A stretch of DNA of 64,000 nt, taken from positions 64,001 to 128,000 of the IMG/VR virus record IMGVR_UViG_3300043411_001639; one strand, 5' to 3'. The position numbers and the translations under genes are program-made. Source of the DNA: a virus. Positions 37,869-49,048 of this stretch are shown here, piece after piece. Within the stretch, counting starts at the first letter, position 1, and each line of letters begins with the position of its first letter. The notes beneath the pieces were generated by a model, which was not told the origin of the DNA, did not search any database, and saw only the letters and a program-made list of their open reading frames with translations.

Positions 37869-39443
37869 ATGAGAACAGAAAAAGGTACTAGATTAAAGTT
37901 TCTACCTCCAAAACATCAATTACAACAGCAAAGAATAAAACCCAAAAGAACTAGATTTAGTTTTATTGATGATGAAGTAGTTGATTTTAATGTTTCTGGA
38001 ACTATTAATGCTGGAAATGGTTTGATATCAGGGAGTCAGTTTTTGATAGGACTAGACGTTCATACAACCCTTAATATCCCAGATGGAGTTGTAAGACAAG
38101 ATTCAGTTGAATCAATTATTAAAATTCCATTGAATATTTCTGGTGCAGTCCTACCATTTAAAGACAATGAAATTCCCGAAATTGATAACTCAGCCAATAG
38201 TTTTTATACCACTGGCAGTAGAGTTATAGATATGGGGGATGGATTTCTGTCTCCTTTGTATAACAAGGTTAAATTTGAGATTGATTTAACTCCTAGTTCT
38301 AATACTAGTTTTGGTATGCAAAACTATCTTAGTGGTTCCAATAATTTTGTAATGAGTTATTGGAACCATTTTTTAAACAGATATGAAGGCATAGGATCAG
38401 GAACAGAGTTTAATGCTTATACTAGCAGTTCTGCTAGTTTGTTGGATTTTCTTACAGGCAGTGCAATAAGTTTTGGAGGTTCTACGGGTGGTAGTCCTTT
38501 GTTGGGGGATCTTTCAGGTTCTCAGATACTTGCCAATCCAATAAACACTTTTGGTTTCCCAGGTTGGTCTACTTATGAAGCTTCAAGTTCACAACTATAT
38601 TCTCTTTCAACTAAAATTAAAGAACCATTCCTACTTGAGAAAGTTGTTTTGTATTTTAGTGGTAGTTTAAATGGCCACAACTATGCTTGGGCAGGAGAAG
38701 CTTGTATTACAACTTTTTTTATATTAAATCAAAGAAAAACATTTATTAACAAACTTGAAAACACTGTTTATTATATTTCTTCTGGTTCTACAAGTGTTGG
38801 TTCCATGGTTTTATCTCAAAGTAGTTTAACCACAACAAGAGATTTGATAACTTGGTTACAGTTGTCAAGGCAATCTTCAATCTTAGACCCAGTTGGATTA
38901 CAAAGAGAATACTATTATCCAGATCCAGGAGTAAGAAATAGTTTACAAGGTGAATTCAGTCAACAGTTTATAGTTTCGGGAAATGTTAAATCACCTTTCT
39001 CTTATGCTCCTTCTATTAGTTTTCTTGTGGATTCAAGCAGAAAAACACAGGGTATTCTTGAAAACTATAATGTATCTGGCAGAAATATGATAAATGACTT
39101 GGGGCGTAGTTGGAAAAATCCTTGGTTAAGTTCACAAAATTATATAAATGGTTTGTTTGTTGATCATTATCTCACAGAAAGAACAGCAAACATATCAAAA
39201 GAATATTCACAAAATATACCTTATCTGTTATTACCAACAGATAAGTTAATATTTGGGTGGTGTTTGCCAACAGAATTATATTATTGGAGTCATGACAATG
39301 CTGATCCAATTTTTATAGGGGCCGGGCCAGCATTAACAGGTAGTAATCAGGGGGTTAATAAAATAGTTTTCTATGGTTCTTACCTTTCAGCCAACAAAGA
39401 ACGTCTAACCGAAACACAAGAGGTTATAAAATATGGAATTTGA
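37869..39443 (+). CDS. Hypothetical virion protein (SGS/TGS-rich)
   Basis: Structural operon context; about 8 [ST]GS motifs. Confidence 0.5.
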   Translation: MRTEKGTRLKFLPPKHQLQQQRIKPKRTRFSFIDDEVVDFNVSGTINAGNGLISGSQFLIGLDVHTTLNIPDGVVRQDSVESIIKIPLNISGAVLPFKDNEIPEIDNSANSFYTTGSRVIDMGDGFLSPLYNKVKFEIDLTPSSNTSFGMQNYLSGSNNFVMSYWNHFLNRYEGIGSGTEFNAYTSSSASLLDFLTGSAISFGGSTGGSPLLGDLSGSQILANPINTFGFPGWSTYEASSSQLYSLSTKIKEPFLLEKVVLYFSGSLNGHNYAWAGEACITTFFILNQRKTFINKLENTVYYISSGSTSVGSMVLSQSSLTTTRDLITWLQLSRQSSILDPVGLQREYYYPDPGVRNSLQGEFSQQFIVSGNVKSPFSYAPSISFLVDSSRKTQGILENYNVSGRNMINDLGRSWKNPWLSSQNYINGLFVDHYLTERTANISKEYSQNIPYLLLPTDKLIFGWCLPTELYYWSHDNADPIFIGAGPALTGSNQGVNKIVFYGSYLSANKERLTETQEVIKYGI

Positions 39444-40593
39444 TATAGAACCAACTAAAAATTTATATCTTTCATCAATAGATAAAATTATCACAGGTTC
39501 AATACTTGCAGGAACCAGAGGGGTGGTTGGAAGTAAAATATCTGGTTCTCTTGAATATAGAGGTGATCAAGTTTATTCTAGTTACTATTATAACAAGTTT
39601 AAAAAAACTAGTCTTGGTTCAAATAGACATGTAAATTTTGTTTCACAAGATAAAATTATTTGGGATTCCGTTGTTCCTTCTCCAATAGAGATTTATTTGA
39701 TGAATGGGGCCAAGGTTGTTTCTGCTGAGTATGATACTGATATTTGGAACAACATTTTCGGGCCTCCTCCACTTCCTGATAAAGTTCGTTTGAGAGAGTT
39801 TTTAGTAAAAATTTTTATCGCTAAAGGTTCAAATAGTTTTCTAACTGCAAGTAATGGTGCAACTATAACAGACAACTATTGGTATAGTAGTTTTCCTTTT
39901 CAAAATACATATAAAAATATTACTAGACTGTTCCAGCCTTCAACTACACTGCATTTTACCAAAGGTTACAAAGAGAAATTAAACGGTACTGATTTTCTTG
40001 TTTACCAAAAAGGAGTAACGAACGATGTGTCTGCTTCTTATAAATTTGGAATATCTATTGTAAGCGGAAACAATGGTTTAAGTTCAAGTTTTATACAAGA
40101 AGTTTTATATGAATATGTTGTAACTCCTAGTGTATTTAGTGTTTTAGAGATTGGAAATGCCTCTAGTTTAGAATCAATTCTAAACTTGTCTTCAAAAACA
40201 TTTTATGATTGTTTTTTTGGTATTAGACCAAGGATGGTACAAACAGATCTATCTTATGTAAACACAAGTTCTTTTCCGCAATGTCATTATTCTCAAAGTT
40301 TTGTTGTTGAGAGAGAAGGCTGGAAGTTTGGCTTGTATAATGCTTTCCCAACTAACTATAATGTTGTTTTCAAACGTAATAGTTATGGTCAGATCAGAGA
40401 TTTGTTGGAACCCAGAAAAAGAACTAAAACTTATGAGTTATCAACAGGAACTTTTTTGACTCCTATACAAATTACTTTTGTTTCTGGAACTCAAGCCTAT
40501 TTGACTTCTTCTGAAGCAGATACTCTAGATACTAGAGAAACAGGTATTTATAACTTTGAATATCAATGTGGAAAACCATATGTTGATAATTAA
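39433..40593 (+). CDS. Hypothetical virion protein
   Basis: Overlaps the upstream gene; Ser/aromatic-rich. Confidence 0.5.
   Translation: MEFDIEPTKNLYLSSIDKIITGSILAGTRGVVGSKISGSLEYRGDQVYSSYYYNKFKKTSLGSNRHVNFVSQDKIIWDSVVPSPIEIYLMNGAKVVSAEYDTDIWNNIFGPPPLPDKVRLREFLVKIFIAKGSNSFLTASNGATITDNYWYSSFPFQNTYKNITRLFQPSTTLHFTKGYKEKLNGTDFLVYQKGVTNDVSASYKFGISIVSGNNGLSSSFIQEVLYEYVVTPSVFSVLEIGNASSLESILNLSSKTFYDCFFGIRPRMVQTDLSYVNTSSFPQCHYSQSFVVEREGWKFGLYNAFPTNYNVVFKRNSYGQIRDLLEPRKRTKTYELSTGTFLTPIQITFVSGTQAYLTSSEADTLDTRETGIYNFEYQCGKPYVDN
40586..40592 (+). promoter_or_regulatory. Putative late promoter motif ATAATTA
   Basis: 15 nt upstream of ATG 40608. Confidence 0.3.
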
Positions 40594-40607
40594 TCAATAC
40601 TAGTTGC

Positions 40608-41567
40608 ATGTCAGGAATATTAAATTCAAAAGAAAGAATCTTGGATACTATTATAACACAACAAGGTAGAAAACAAATTTCTACTGGCAAGTTAAAACCT
40701 GTATTTTATTCTTTTTCTGATACTGGTACTTTCTATGATAAACAAGATCTTGACAACCTGGATATTCCTTTTGAACTAGAAGGAAGATTGATGTTTGAAG
40801 CAGCTAGTTTGCCTCAAGACCTAATCTGTCTTGAAAAAGATGATTCTGGTAAACTTATAGTAAAAGAATTTCAAAGAACTTCAGGGAGTTTTGTATTGAT
40901 AAATGGTCAGACTTATGATACTGAAAACCAACTGTTTGTTTCTGAGTCTGCTTCACAACAAAACAGTTTTTTGAGTGGTTCACTAAGAAATTTTATTAAT
41001 TTAAACCTGTTATCCGAAGCAAAAGAACTAGATATTAATACTAATAGTTCTGAGTTTGTGGTTTCTCCTAATTCAGTAACTTTTAATATTACCAGAACTG
41101 TTCCTATGTCTGGAAGTGCTAGGGTGGGGAGCATAGATCAAATAGAAAGCTTGTTTGAAGACAAGAAACTGAGCCATTTATCAAATTTTGATTTCCTACC
41201 CCCGGTTAATATTCCAAGAACAGGAACTACCATCAAACAACCTCTCGGAAACTTTGTTGATCTAAAACAATCTTCTATCCTAACTTTGGCAGATCTTTAT
41301 CAAGAAATAACAAGATTTTCAGACTATATGGTTTCTTTAAATTTTTTATCAACAAGTAAAAACAACCGTATTTTTAGTCAGTTTTATGAAAAATCAGAAT
41401 CTTCAGGTATAAGAAAACTAGATATCATAGATTTTGGTGAATTTGAGGAAAGAAACATAAGAAAACATGTTTTTTTTGCTGGTAAACTTTATAGGGACAG
41501 TACAGGAAGTGACACCTTTGTCAACATGTTTACATTAATCTGGAAGAAAGAGTTGCAAAATGCCTAG
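40608..41567 (+). CDS. Tail/baseplate protein, N-terminal paralogue of 48314
   Basis: MSGILN...ILDTIITQQGRKQI...FYSFSD. Confidence 0.55.
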   Translation: MSGILNSKERILDTIITQQGRKQISTGKLKPVFYSFSDTGTFYDKQDLDNLDIPFELEGRLMFEAASLPQDLICLEKDDSGKLIVKEFQRTSGSFVLINGQTYDTENQLFVSESASQQNSFLSGSLRNFINLNLLSEAKELDINTNSSEFVVSPNSVTFNITRTVPMSGSARVGSIDQIESLFEDKKLSHLSNFDFLPPVNIPRTGTTIKQPLGNFVDLKQSSILTLADLYQEITRFSDYMVSLNFLSTSKNNRIFSQFYEKSESSGIRKLDIIDFGEFEERNIRKHVFFAGKLYRDSTGSDTFVNMFTLIWKKELQNA

Positions 41568-43533
41568 TTTTAGAACTCTGAGTAATCTACCTGTTGGTCT
41601 TGAAGAAAAACCTGCGATTATTTCAGACATAGAAGTTTATTTGTTAAAAACTACTAGTACAAAAACAATCTATGTTCTTGAATATAAATTCTATCCTTCA
41701 AGAGCCATTTTAAATAACCAACAAGCTTTTAAAGTTGTTTGTCAGGTAAGAGACAAAGAAAAACCTAGAGTTCTAGGTACTTTTGGTGGGGATAACATGT
41801 CAATAAGTGAATTAATCGTACAAAGTAACTTCCTTACAGTTAGAGCTTTGAATGAACAAGCCAGACATGTTTTGAGTGAATTTCAATCAGATCCTACAAG
41901 GTCTATTCCGAACAACAGACTTAATAATTTAGCAAGTTATAGAAAAGAATCTATTAAAATAACTGAACAATTTACTATTACTCAGGATATAACAGATTTA
42001 TTTATCTATGTATCTGTTAAAAATTCACAAGATTTAGTTGTTCAAGAGGAAAAGCTAATGATTCCTCATTTGAAATATAAAAATCTGTTTGAGAACACTA
42101 TCACCAAACCCTTGACTTGTTTGCCTGCTCAAAACAACATCCTTGGAAGAAATATATTTTATGTTCAACAATCTGAGGGAAAAGGTTTTAGTTTGTTCAG
42201 AAAAAATAAACTTACAAAGAAATATGAATTCATAAAAAATTATTATGCTTCTGGTACAGGTAGTGAAGTTTATAAGGTAGTTGACGAAACAACGGTTTTA
42301 TATCATAACATTCAATACAGAGTTGTTCCTTTTGTGTTAGATGGTAGTTTGGTTTCTGATTTTACTGATGTAGTGATTTCTTCCAATAGAAAACAACCTG
42401 AACTTAAACCATTCATCCACCTGATTATCTCAGATGAAAACAAGGTAAGAGTTGATTTTTTTAATATTACAACTAGAATAAAATCTATTGTTCTGTACAG
42501 AAACGACCAGATAATAAAACTGTTCAATCCCCAAAATAATTTTAGTTTCATTGATGATTTGGTTCAACAAGGGAAGATTTATAAATATCGTTTTGAATAC
42601 TATGATAGTTTTGGCAATAAATTTAGTTCCGTTTCTGAAACTAATATTAGAGTACCAATTTCAACAGCCCCAGAGAAAGTAAATTTAACAACAAAAATTT
42701 CTGAGATTTCACAACAAGAAAACAATATTACGTTTGTTTTAACAAGTGAATTTCTTGAATCTATTCAAACAAAACTTAAAACATTTATTGGAGAAAGAGG
42801 ATTTGGATTGTTTGAAGAATCAATAAACCTAAATGATCTTCAAGGAATTGTTTCTTATCAAATTATCAGACAAAACATTACAACAGGTGAACAAGAAGAT
42901 CTGGGAGTTTTGACTAACACAAACAGATTTGACGATAAAAGAAACTCGGATTTAATGGGGGCCAAATTATTAGTTCCAAAAAATCAATATAGATATATTA
43001 TTAATACATTTGTTAGGAACATTATCACCCTGCTACCAAACTATGTTGTTACAGATAATTCAGTTACTGGAGTTGAGTATAATTACAGCCCTTATAAATG
43101 GTTAAATCCAGTGGTACTAAATCAAGGAACTATTGTGTTCTCAAATGAACAACAAAGAAATTTTTCCTACTCTCCTTTTACAATATCTGAATTATCCAGA
43201 ACTCAAATAACAGAAGTTTTCACCATAGGGGACAGAACTACTACTGCCAACATCCAATCAGTAAATCCGATTAAACTATCCAAAGACAAAGTATTAGTCC
43301 AATGGAACATTAGTGATCTTTCTTTTGTTGATAGTTTTGAGATTTATAAATCTGTTAAACTTTCTTCTATAAAAAGGATAGCAGGTTTTCACCATGCTTT
43401 AAACAATATCTTTGAATTTATTGACACGGTAAACCCAGACGAGAAAGATTTACTATATTCTGTTGTTGTAAGATATATTGATGGTACTTCTAGTGAAGTA
43501 TTTGCGCAAAACAAAATATTTTATACATCATAG
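41560..43533 (+). CDS. Virion protein with FN3/Ig-like repeats
   Basis: Repeated FxD...YxYxV strands (FIDDLVQQGKIYKYRF; FIDTV...LYSVVV; VLVQWN...FEIYK). Confidence 0.55.
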   Translation: MPSFRTLSNLPVGLEEKPAIISDIEVYLLKTTSTKTIYVLEYKFYPSRAILNNQQAFKVVCQVRDKEKPRVLGTFGGDNMSISELIVQSNFLTVRALNEQARHVLSEFQSDPTRSIPNNRLNNLASYRKESIKITEQFTITQDITDLFIYVSVKNSQDLVVQEEKLMIPHLKYKNLFENTITKPLTCLPAQNNILGRNIFYVQQSEGKGFSLFRKNKLTKKYEFIKNYYASGTGSEVYKVVDETTVLYHNIQYRVVPFVLDGSLVSDFTDVVISSNRKQPELKPFIHLIISDENKVRVDFFNITTRIKSIVLYRNDQIIKLFNPQNNFSFIDDLVQQGKIYKYRFEYYDSFGNKFSSVSETNIRVPISTAPEKVNLTTKISEISQQENNITFVLTSEFLESIQTKLKTFIGERGFGLFEESINLNDLQGIVSYQIIRQNITTGEQEDLGVLTNTNRFDDKRNSDLMGAKLLVPKNQYRYIINTFVRNIITLLPNYVVTDNSVTGVEYNYSPYKWLNPVVLNQGTIVFSNEQQRNFSYSPFTISELSRTQITEVFTIGDRTTTANIQSVNPIKLSKDKVLVQWNISDLSFVDSFEIYKSVKLSSIKRIAGFHHALNNIFEFIDTVNPDEKDLLYSVVVRYIDGTSSEVFAQNKIFYTS

Positions 43534-43542
43534 ATATAACAT

Positions 43543-46500
43543 ATGGGAAATAACTTTGGAATACCTGTTAGAAACAATACTTCGGCAGCTTATGGTGGTT
43601 TAACTACACAGCCTTCTTCTGCTCCTCTTCCAACAGCTACAGCACCTATTCCCACTACAACTAATACTTTTTTAGTTCCTGAAGCATCTGTTCCACAGTC
43701 TCCTGTAGCTAGTGGGTTTCAAATGTCTACTACTATTGTACCAGGAGTTAGTGTTCAACGAACTGGAACAGCAACAGTTTTTATTGATAGAACAATACCA
43801 CCTACTGTTTATCAAACAGAAAATCTTACAGTTCAGTTTGGTGGTGCTAACAACCCAGAAACTAGAAATATTATTAACGAAGGTTTATCAGCTTTGAGAC
43901 CAGAAGTTTTATTACAATTTTCACCAAGAAATTTAATAGATACAAACAATCAACTAACGGATCTTGGTAAACTAGCAGATTTTAACTATAAACTCAGAAA
44001 ACTTAAACTAGATGTTTCATTGGTTACTTCAAGATCACTATCTGAATCTGAAACAGTTAAATTTGAACAACTAGATTTATCTTATAGACAACAGTACGAA
44101 ACTTGTTTTAACAATATCCAAAGTAAAAAAATCAAATCACAAAAGAAAAAAACCATCAAAGCATTGTTTGATATAAAGTCAATACCAGACAGTTATTTTG
44201 GTGATGGCTTTTTAAGTTTTAAACAAATATTTTCAAACTATCTTGGATATTCAAATCAAAGTTATAATAGTTTTACAGATACAAAAATTCTTGGTCAACT
44301 TATTCTTGATTTAAGAAATGCTCTTGAAAACTATTCTAGTAACTTATTAAGCATCAGAGATCTAGATAGAACAAATGATCTCAACCCTTACACATATGAT
44401 AAAACTTTTAACGTTAACGGTTTAAAAATAGAACAATTAAGATCTAATTCAAGAATTAAAAATCTCTTCAATGAAGGAGTGTTCAGAAACTTAGTAACAA
44501 GATTACCTCCTCAACCTCTTGATAAGATAAAACTAATGATTCATTTGCTTTCAAAAGAATTGTTAGTTTCAAAAAATCTTTCTAATAGTCAAACCAGAAC
44601 AAAACTTGTTCAAATGTTTGGAGCATCAGCTAATCCTGATGGAAATCCTTTTGATAATATATTTGGGGATACTGGAGTTTCAATATTTGATCCTGTTGTA
44701 TCTGCCACTAACAACTCAATAGTTTCTTTGTTGAATTATGTGAATCAAAAAGTTCTACCATTTGAAAACAGATATCTTCAAGAACAAACTACAAACTCTG
44801 TGTTCATACCAGGACACGAATATTTTCTTGATACTACTGATCGTATAAATCTTGATGTTTTCACAATAGGATTGTCACGAAACATAACAGAACTAACAGA
44901 TATCCTCACTAAATTATTATCTCTGGATGTTAACCCACAAACTTCTAATGTTGTGTTTAGTAGTCTTGCCATCCAGTTTGGACAAACTTTAGCTGGAAGA
45001 AATACAAATAACATATCACATGCATTGTTTAAACTGGCATCAGAAGATATTCAACTGCAATATTTATTGTTTAACTATTTGTTTTTAGCGGGATTAATCA
45101 TAACTCTTGGTGAAGAAGATAATGTTTTTATACGTTCTTATAAAAAAGATACTCAAAGAACAGAAATTGATGTTGATACTCTTTATGAAGAAATAGGATT
45201 AGTAATTACAAGAATAGTTGAAAGAGTGGTTGGTTTACTTTCTTCAAACTCAAACAATGAGCTTAATATAGTAAACAGTTCATTTACTAGTTTAATAACA
45301 ACTCTTGGTTTAACAAGAGTTTATACCCAAGATCTGACACAAACTTTGAGAGGCTTTGTAAACGCAGATCCGATTAATTCAAAAAATTCATTATTTAAGA
45401 TGTTCATTGATTTCATTCTTGAGTTAGAGAACATCAACTCATCAAATGGAACAAAAATTTTTCTTTTACAGGATGACAGTGGAAGAACAAGATTTAATTT
45501 TCTCAGTTCTTCTACAATGTTGTTTTTGTTTTATCAAACTATGATAGGATTATCTGCTATGTTTATTCCTTATGAATTTGCAGGTCCTGTAATAAACAAC
45601 AGTTTTAACATTGAATTTGATACTTCTGAGTTTGAAAGACTACACAACCTATTGACCAATCGTACAAATCCAGTTCCAGAATATACAGCAATTTTCAATG
45701 TACTGGAAAAAGAAACAACTTTTGTCAAACAAGGACTAAATTGTTTCAACAAACTTAATTCAAGGTTTTCAAACATTCAACAACTGGCAGAGCCCTATTT
45801 TCTTCAGTCTAGTTTTGTAACAGAATATCAGACAAAACTAGCTTTATCCGTTATTAATTCAGGTAGATTTAAAAATAAGTTTGACGGAAGTTATGGAATA
45901 TTACCCGTGACATTAGCTGAAAAACAAACAGTAATAGATTTTTCAAAAAACTTTGGAGAAAATAATTTTAAAGTATTTGGTATAGGTTTACCTAATGGGT
46001 TTGTAGAAAACTTAAACAAAAACATTATTATTACCGAAGATGCTGGTTCGGACCAAGAAACTTCTGTGATAAAAATCAATGTTTTCTGTAAACTTTTACA
46101 ATACCCAAACATTGTGTTAAAACCACAATCTTATCTCTTTGATCTTAATATTTTCAACCTGAAACAAATATCAACTGGTTTTTACAACTCAGTTGATCAG
46201 GTAATAAACAATAATTTTGGTACCACCTATGTTGATGGAAATTTCTCTATAATTGAAGGATATAATGATATTCTAATTCAAAAGGAAGAACTAAGAAATC
46301 ATAAAACAAGTGAGTTGTTAAAAACATACATGTGTTTAGTTTCTGGGATCAAGATGTATGAAGAAGAATTTTTTATCACACCAAAACTTTTTACAAACAA
46401 AACTAAAGATAATTTATTTAATAGCCTTGACGTAAGAAATTTAACCTCTGTGTTGACAGGGCAGAAATTGTTTGATAGAATTTTGTTTTTGTTGGTTGAT

Positions 46501-46650
46501 TTAAACCAGTTTGAAATTGATTACAGTAAAACAAATAAAAATAGTCTCGGAGCTCAAACATTAGAAAAAATAAAAATTGTTAATGACAGAACTAGTTTTG
46601 ATAAAAACGATCTTGTTTTAGTTGATATATTCTTCACTGTTGGAAAATAA
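43543..46650 (+). CDS. Large hypothetical virion protein with Pro/Thr-rich N-terminus
   Basis: 1035 aa in the structural operon; TTQPSSAPLPTATAPIPTTT start. Confidence 0.5.
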   Translation: MGNNFGIPVRNNTSAAYGGLTTQPSSAPLPTATAPIPTTTNTFLVPEASVPQSPVASGFQMSTTIVPGVSVQRTGTATVFIDRTIPPTVYQTENLTVQFGGANNPETRNIINEGLSALRPEVLLQFSPRNLIDTNNQLTDLGKLADFNYKLRKLKLDVSLVTSRSLSESETVKFEQLDLSYRQQYETCFNNIQSKKIKSQKKKTIKALFDIKSIPDSYFGDGFLSFKQIFSNYLGYSNQSYNSFTDTKILGQLILDLRNALENYSSNLLSIRDLDRTNDLNPYTYDKTFNVNGLKIEQLRSNSRIKNLFNEGVFRNLVTRLPPQPLDKIKLMIHLLSKELLVSKNLSNSQTRTKLVQMFGASANPDGNPFDNIFGDTGVSIFDPVVSATNNSIVSLLNYVNQKVLPFENRYLQEQTTNSVFIPGHEYFLDTTDRINLDVFTIGLSRNITELTDILTKLLSLDVNPQTSNVVFSSLAIQFGQTLAGRNTNNISHALFKLASEDIQLQYLLFNYLFLAGLIITLGEEDNVFIRSYKKDTQRTEIDVDTLYEEIGLVITRIVERVVGLLSSNSNNELNIVNSSFTSLITTLGLTRVYTQDLTQTLRGFVNADPINSKNSLFKMFIDFILELENINSSNGTKIFLLQDDSGRTRFNFLSSSTMLFLFYQTMIGLSAMFIPYEFAGPVINNSFNIEFDTSEFERLHNLLTNRTNPVPEYTAIFNVLEKETTFVKQGLNCFNKLNSRFSNIQQLAEPYFLQSSFVTEYQTKLALSVINSGRFKNKFDGSYGILPVTLAEKQTVIDFSKNFGENNFKVFGIGLPNGFVENLNKNIIITEDAGSDQETSVIKINVFCKLLQYPNIVLKPQSYLFDLNIFNLKQISTGFYNSVDQVINNNFGTTYVDGNFSIIEGYNDILIQKEELRNHKTSELLKTYMCLVSGIKMYEEEFFITPKLFTNKTKDNLFNSLDVRNLTSVLTGQKLFDRILFLLVDLNQFEIDYSKTNKNSLGAQTLEKIKIVNDRTSFDKNDLVLVDIFFTVGK

Positions 46651-46655
46651 ATACT

Positions 46656-48308
46656 ATGGTAATTGCAAAGAAAATACAAATTCTACCCACTAAACAATCA
46701 ACCACAATTGACATTTCAGAAATTGAAGATCTTAGAGGAAAGTTTGTATACAACTATTTTGAAAGAGATGAAAAAACAAACAACCCAAGTTTAGTTGATT
46801 CAAGAAAAATAAGTTTGACTTGGACTCCTAATGTCATATGGAATAGAAGGGACTTGGTTGATTCAATAATCATAGGAGATCATTATGATCTTATTATTCA
46901 AGAAGATGAGTTTAACAATCACAATCTAAAAACAATTGATTTAAATCAAACAACTGGGATTAATCAGGATGTTTTCCGACTTCTTGAAACTAGTTTTACA
47001 GGTTTGTCTTCAGGAAGTTTATTAGATCGTACCAAATCTCTTTATGAACAAACTGACGAAGAACTAGATCAACAGTTTATAGGAGGATTAGTTCATTCTC
47101 AAAAACAAGGTCTTGGAGTTTATTTTGATACCGATAGCACAAACATCAAAAATGAAAACCTAATATTTCCTGTTGGAATAACTCCTAAGTTTATGGATAA
47201 AATCATTGAAACAATAGATGAAAACAATATTGGTTTTAACGGTTTTTTGACTGCTGAAGAGCGAGAACAAATCATTGTTATGGCTAATGAATCCAAAGAA
47301 AAAAGAAATACAAATGTATTCTCAATGGAAGATTATGACCACCAGTTAGACAAAATTTTTTCACTAAGAAACATAAAAACAGATTCAAACTATCAGCCTG
47401 TGTTTCAGCCTGTTGGTTATGTTGTTGAAAAATTTAACAAGTCAACAAACATGTTTGAACAACCATTGTTTATTGAAAATATTACTATAAGTAAAACAGA
47501 AGATATCAATGTAAAATATAATCAGACTTATTGTTATAGGATTAGAACAGTAGCTTATGTTGAATTTACTGGTCTAAACAGTGAAACAAATGAATATTTG
47601 GTTTTTTCTTTTCTCGTTGGATCAAAACTAAGTAACTTGTTAGAAGTTGAATGCGTTGAAACAACCCCTCCTCCAGTAGTTACAGATTTTGATGTCACCT
47701 GGGATTTTGTTAAAAATCTTCCTAAGATAAGCTGGAGTTTTCCTCCCAACAAACAACGAGATATTAAAAAGTTTCAAGTGTTTAGGCGTAGAACCATCAC
47801 AGAACCTTTTGAATTGATTAAAATGTATGATTTTGATAACAGTACAGTGAAAACACTATCACAAGAACAACCCAATCCAGAGATAGTAGAACTAATAGAT
47901 AATCCTCCATTGTTTTATTGGGATAATAGATTTATCAAAACAAATACAATGATTTATTCTGTTTGTTCAATAGATGCTCATGGTTATAGTTCTGGATATT
48001 CAATGCAGTTAGAAATATCCTGGATTTCTAATAAATTTAAGAAGAGACTAATATCGGTTTCAGGAGCACCTAAAGCTTATCCAAACTTGTTTTTGAACCA
48101 AGATGCTTTTGTAGACTCAATAAAAACAGAAGAGTTTACAGGTTTAGATCTATATTTTAATCCTGAGTTTATTGAGTTGACAGACAAGAATTCAAGAAGT
48201 TTAGAGTTTTTAAAAACTGGTGCAAACGATACATATTCATTAGTAATGATAAACATTGACAATCAAAAACAAGCAACTTTTGATATTAGCTTAAGGAACA
48301 GAGAGTAA
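46656..48308 (+). CDS. Virion protein with FN3-like domains
   Basis: VKYNQTYCYRIRTV, PPPVVTDF, ISWSFP, FQVFRR, YSVCSIDAHG..S.YS. Confidence 0.6.
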   Translation: MVIAKKIQILPTKQSTTIDISEIEDLRGKFVYNYFERDEKTNNPSLVDSRKISLTWTPNVIWNRRDLVDSIIIGDHYDLIIQEDEFNNHNLKTIDLNQTTGINQDVFRLLETSFTGLSSGSLLDRTKSLYEQTDEELDQQFIGGLVHSQKQGLGVYFDTDSTNIKNENLIFPVGITPKFMDKIIETIDENNIGFNGFLTAEEREQIIVMANESKEKRNTNVFSMEDYDHQLDKIFSLRNIKTDSNYQPVFQPVGYVVEKFNKSTNMFEQPLFIENITISKTEDINVKYNQTYCYRIRTVAYVEFTGLNSETNEYLVFSFLVGSKLSNLLEVECVETTPPPVVTDFDVTWDFVKNLPKISWSFPPNKQRDIKKFQVFRRRTITEPFELIKMYDFDNSTVKTLSQEQPNPEIVELIDNPPLFYWDNRFIKTNTMIYSVCSIDAHGYSSGYSMQLEISWISNKFKKRLISVSGAPKAYPNLFLNQDAFVDSIKTEEFTGLDLYFNPEFIELTDKNSRSLEFLKTGANDTYSLVMINIDNQKQATFDISLRNRE

Positions 48309-48313
48309 TAATA

Positions 48314-49027
48314 ATGGGAATTATACAAAATGATACCAACAACATCATTGTTGATGCGGTTATAACAGATGCAGGGAGACAAGCTATTGCAAGAAACGAT
48401 GGTAGTTTTTCTGTTGTTAAATGGGCTGCTTCTGATGAGGAAGTAGACTATTCAATCATTCAACAGTTTGGTAAAACAAATGGAGAAGCTAAAATAGTAG
48501 TTAACACTCCTGTTTTTGAAGCTTTAACTTCTCAACAGTTCTCTCAGAAATATAAACTGATGAGTATTAGTAATCCAGCTTTAATACGTCTTCCTACCCT
48601 TAAAATTACTGGAGAGGGTGTTGATGCTAGTATAAATGCAATTGCTATTGGAAATACAACCATTAAAAGGAGAACTGTAACAATCTATCAAGATATTTTG
48701 AATGAAACAACAATAGATCTTGAACTGAGAGACCAATCTTTTATGATTACTATGCCAAGTAGATTTCTACAGGTTAGAAGTATCCCACCAGATGACATAG
48801 ACAGTGTTTATAATGCTCTTTATTTTCTTACAAGAGATTCAGGAGAAACAACCCTTGGTGGCAGTAGACTAAGTTTTACACTTGAAACTAAATCAATTTC
48901 CGAAACAGATTTCCAGATTTACGGAACAAGAACCAACAAAAACATCATTAAATGTTACATTAAAATTGCAGGGATACAAAGTGGTGCTGTTCTTGATATA
49001 GAAGTATCAATAACCAAAACATCATAA
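48314..49027 (+). CDS. Tail/baseplate protein (tail-collar-fibre-like N-terminus)
   Basis: IVDAVITDAGRQAIA...VVKWAASDEEVDY, TPVFEA. Confidence 0.55.
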   Translation: MGIIQNDTNNIIVDAVITDAGRQAIARNDGSFSVVKWAASDEEVDYSIIQQFGKTNGEAKIVVNTPVFEALTSQQFSQKYKLMSISNPALIRLPTLKITGEGVDASINAIAIGNTTIKRRTVTIYQDILNETTIDLELRDQSFMITMPSRFLQVRSIPPDDIDSVYNALYFLTRDSGETTLGGSRLSFTLETKSISETDFQIYGTRTNKNIIKCYIKIAGIQSGAVLDIEVSITKTS

Positions 49028-49048
49028 CTGGAAGAATAACAAACAACT

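Noticed and set aside
43543-46650. Tape measure protein
   Set aside because: It lacks the Ala/Gly-rich periodic helical repeats typical of tape measures.
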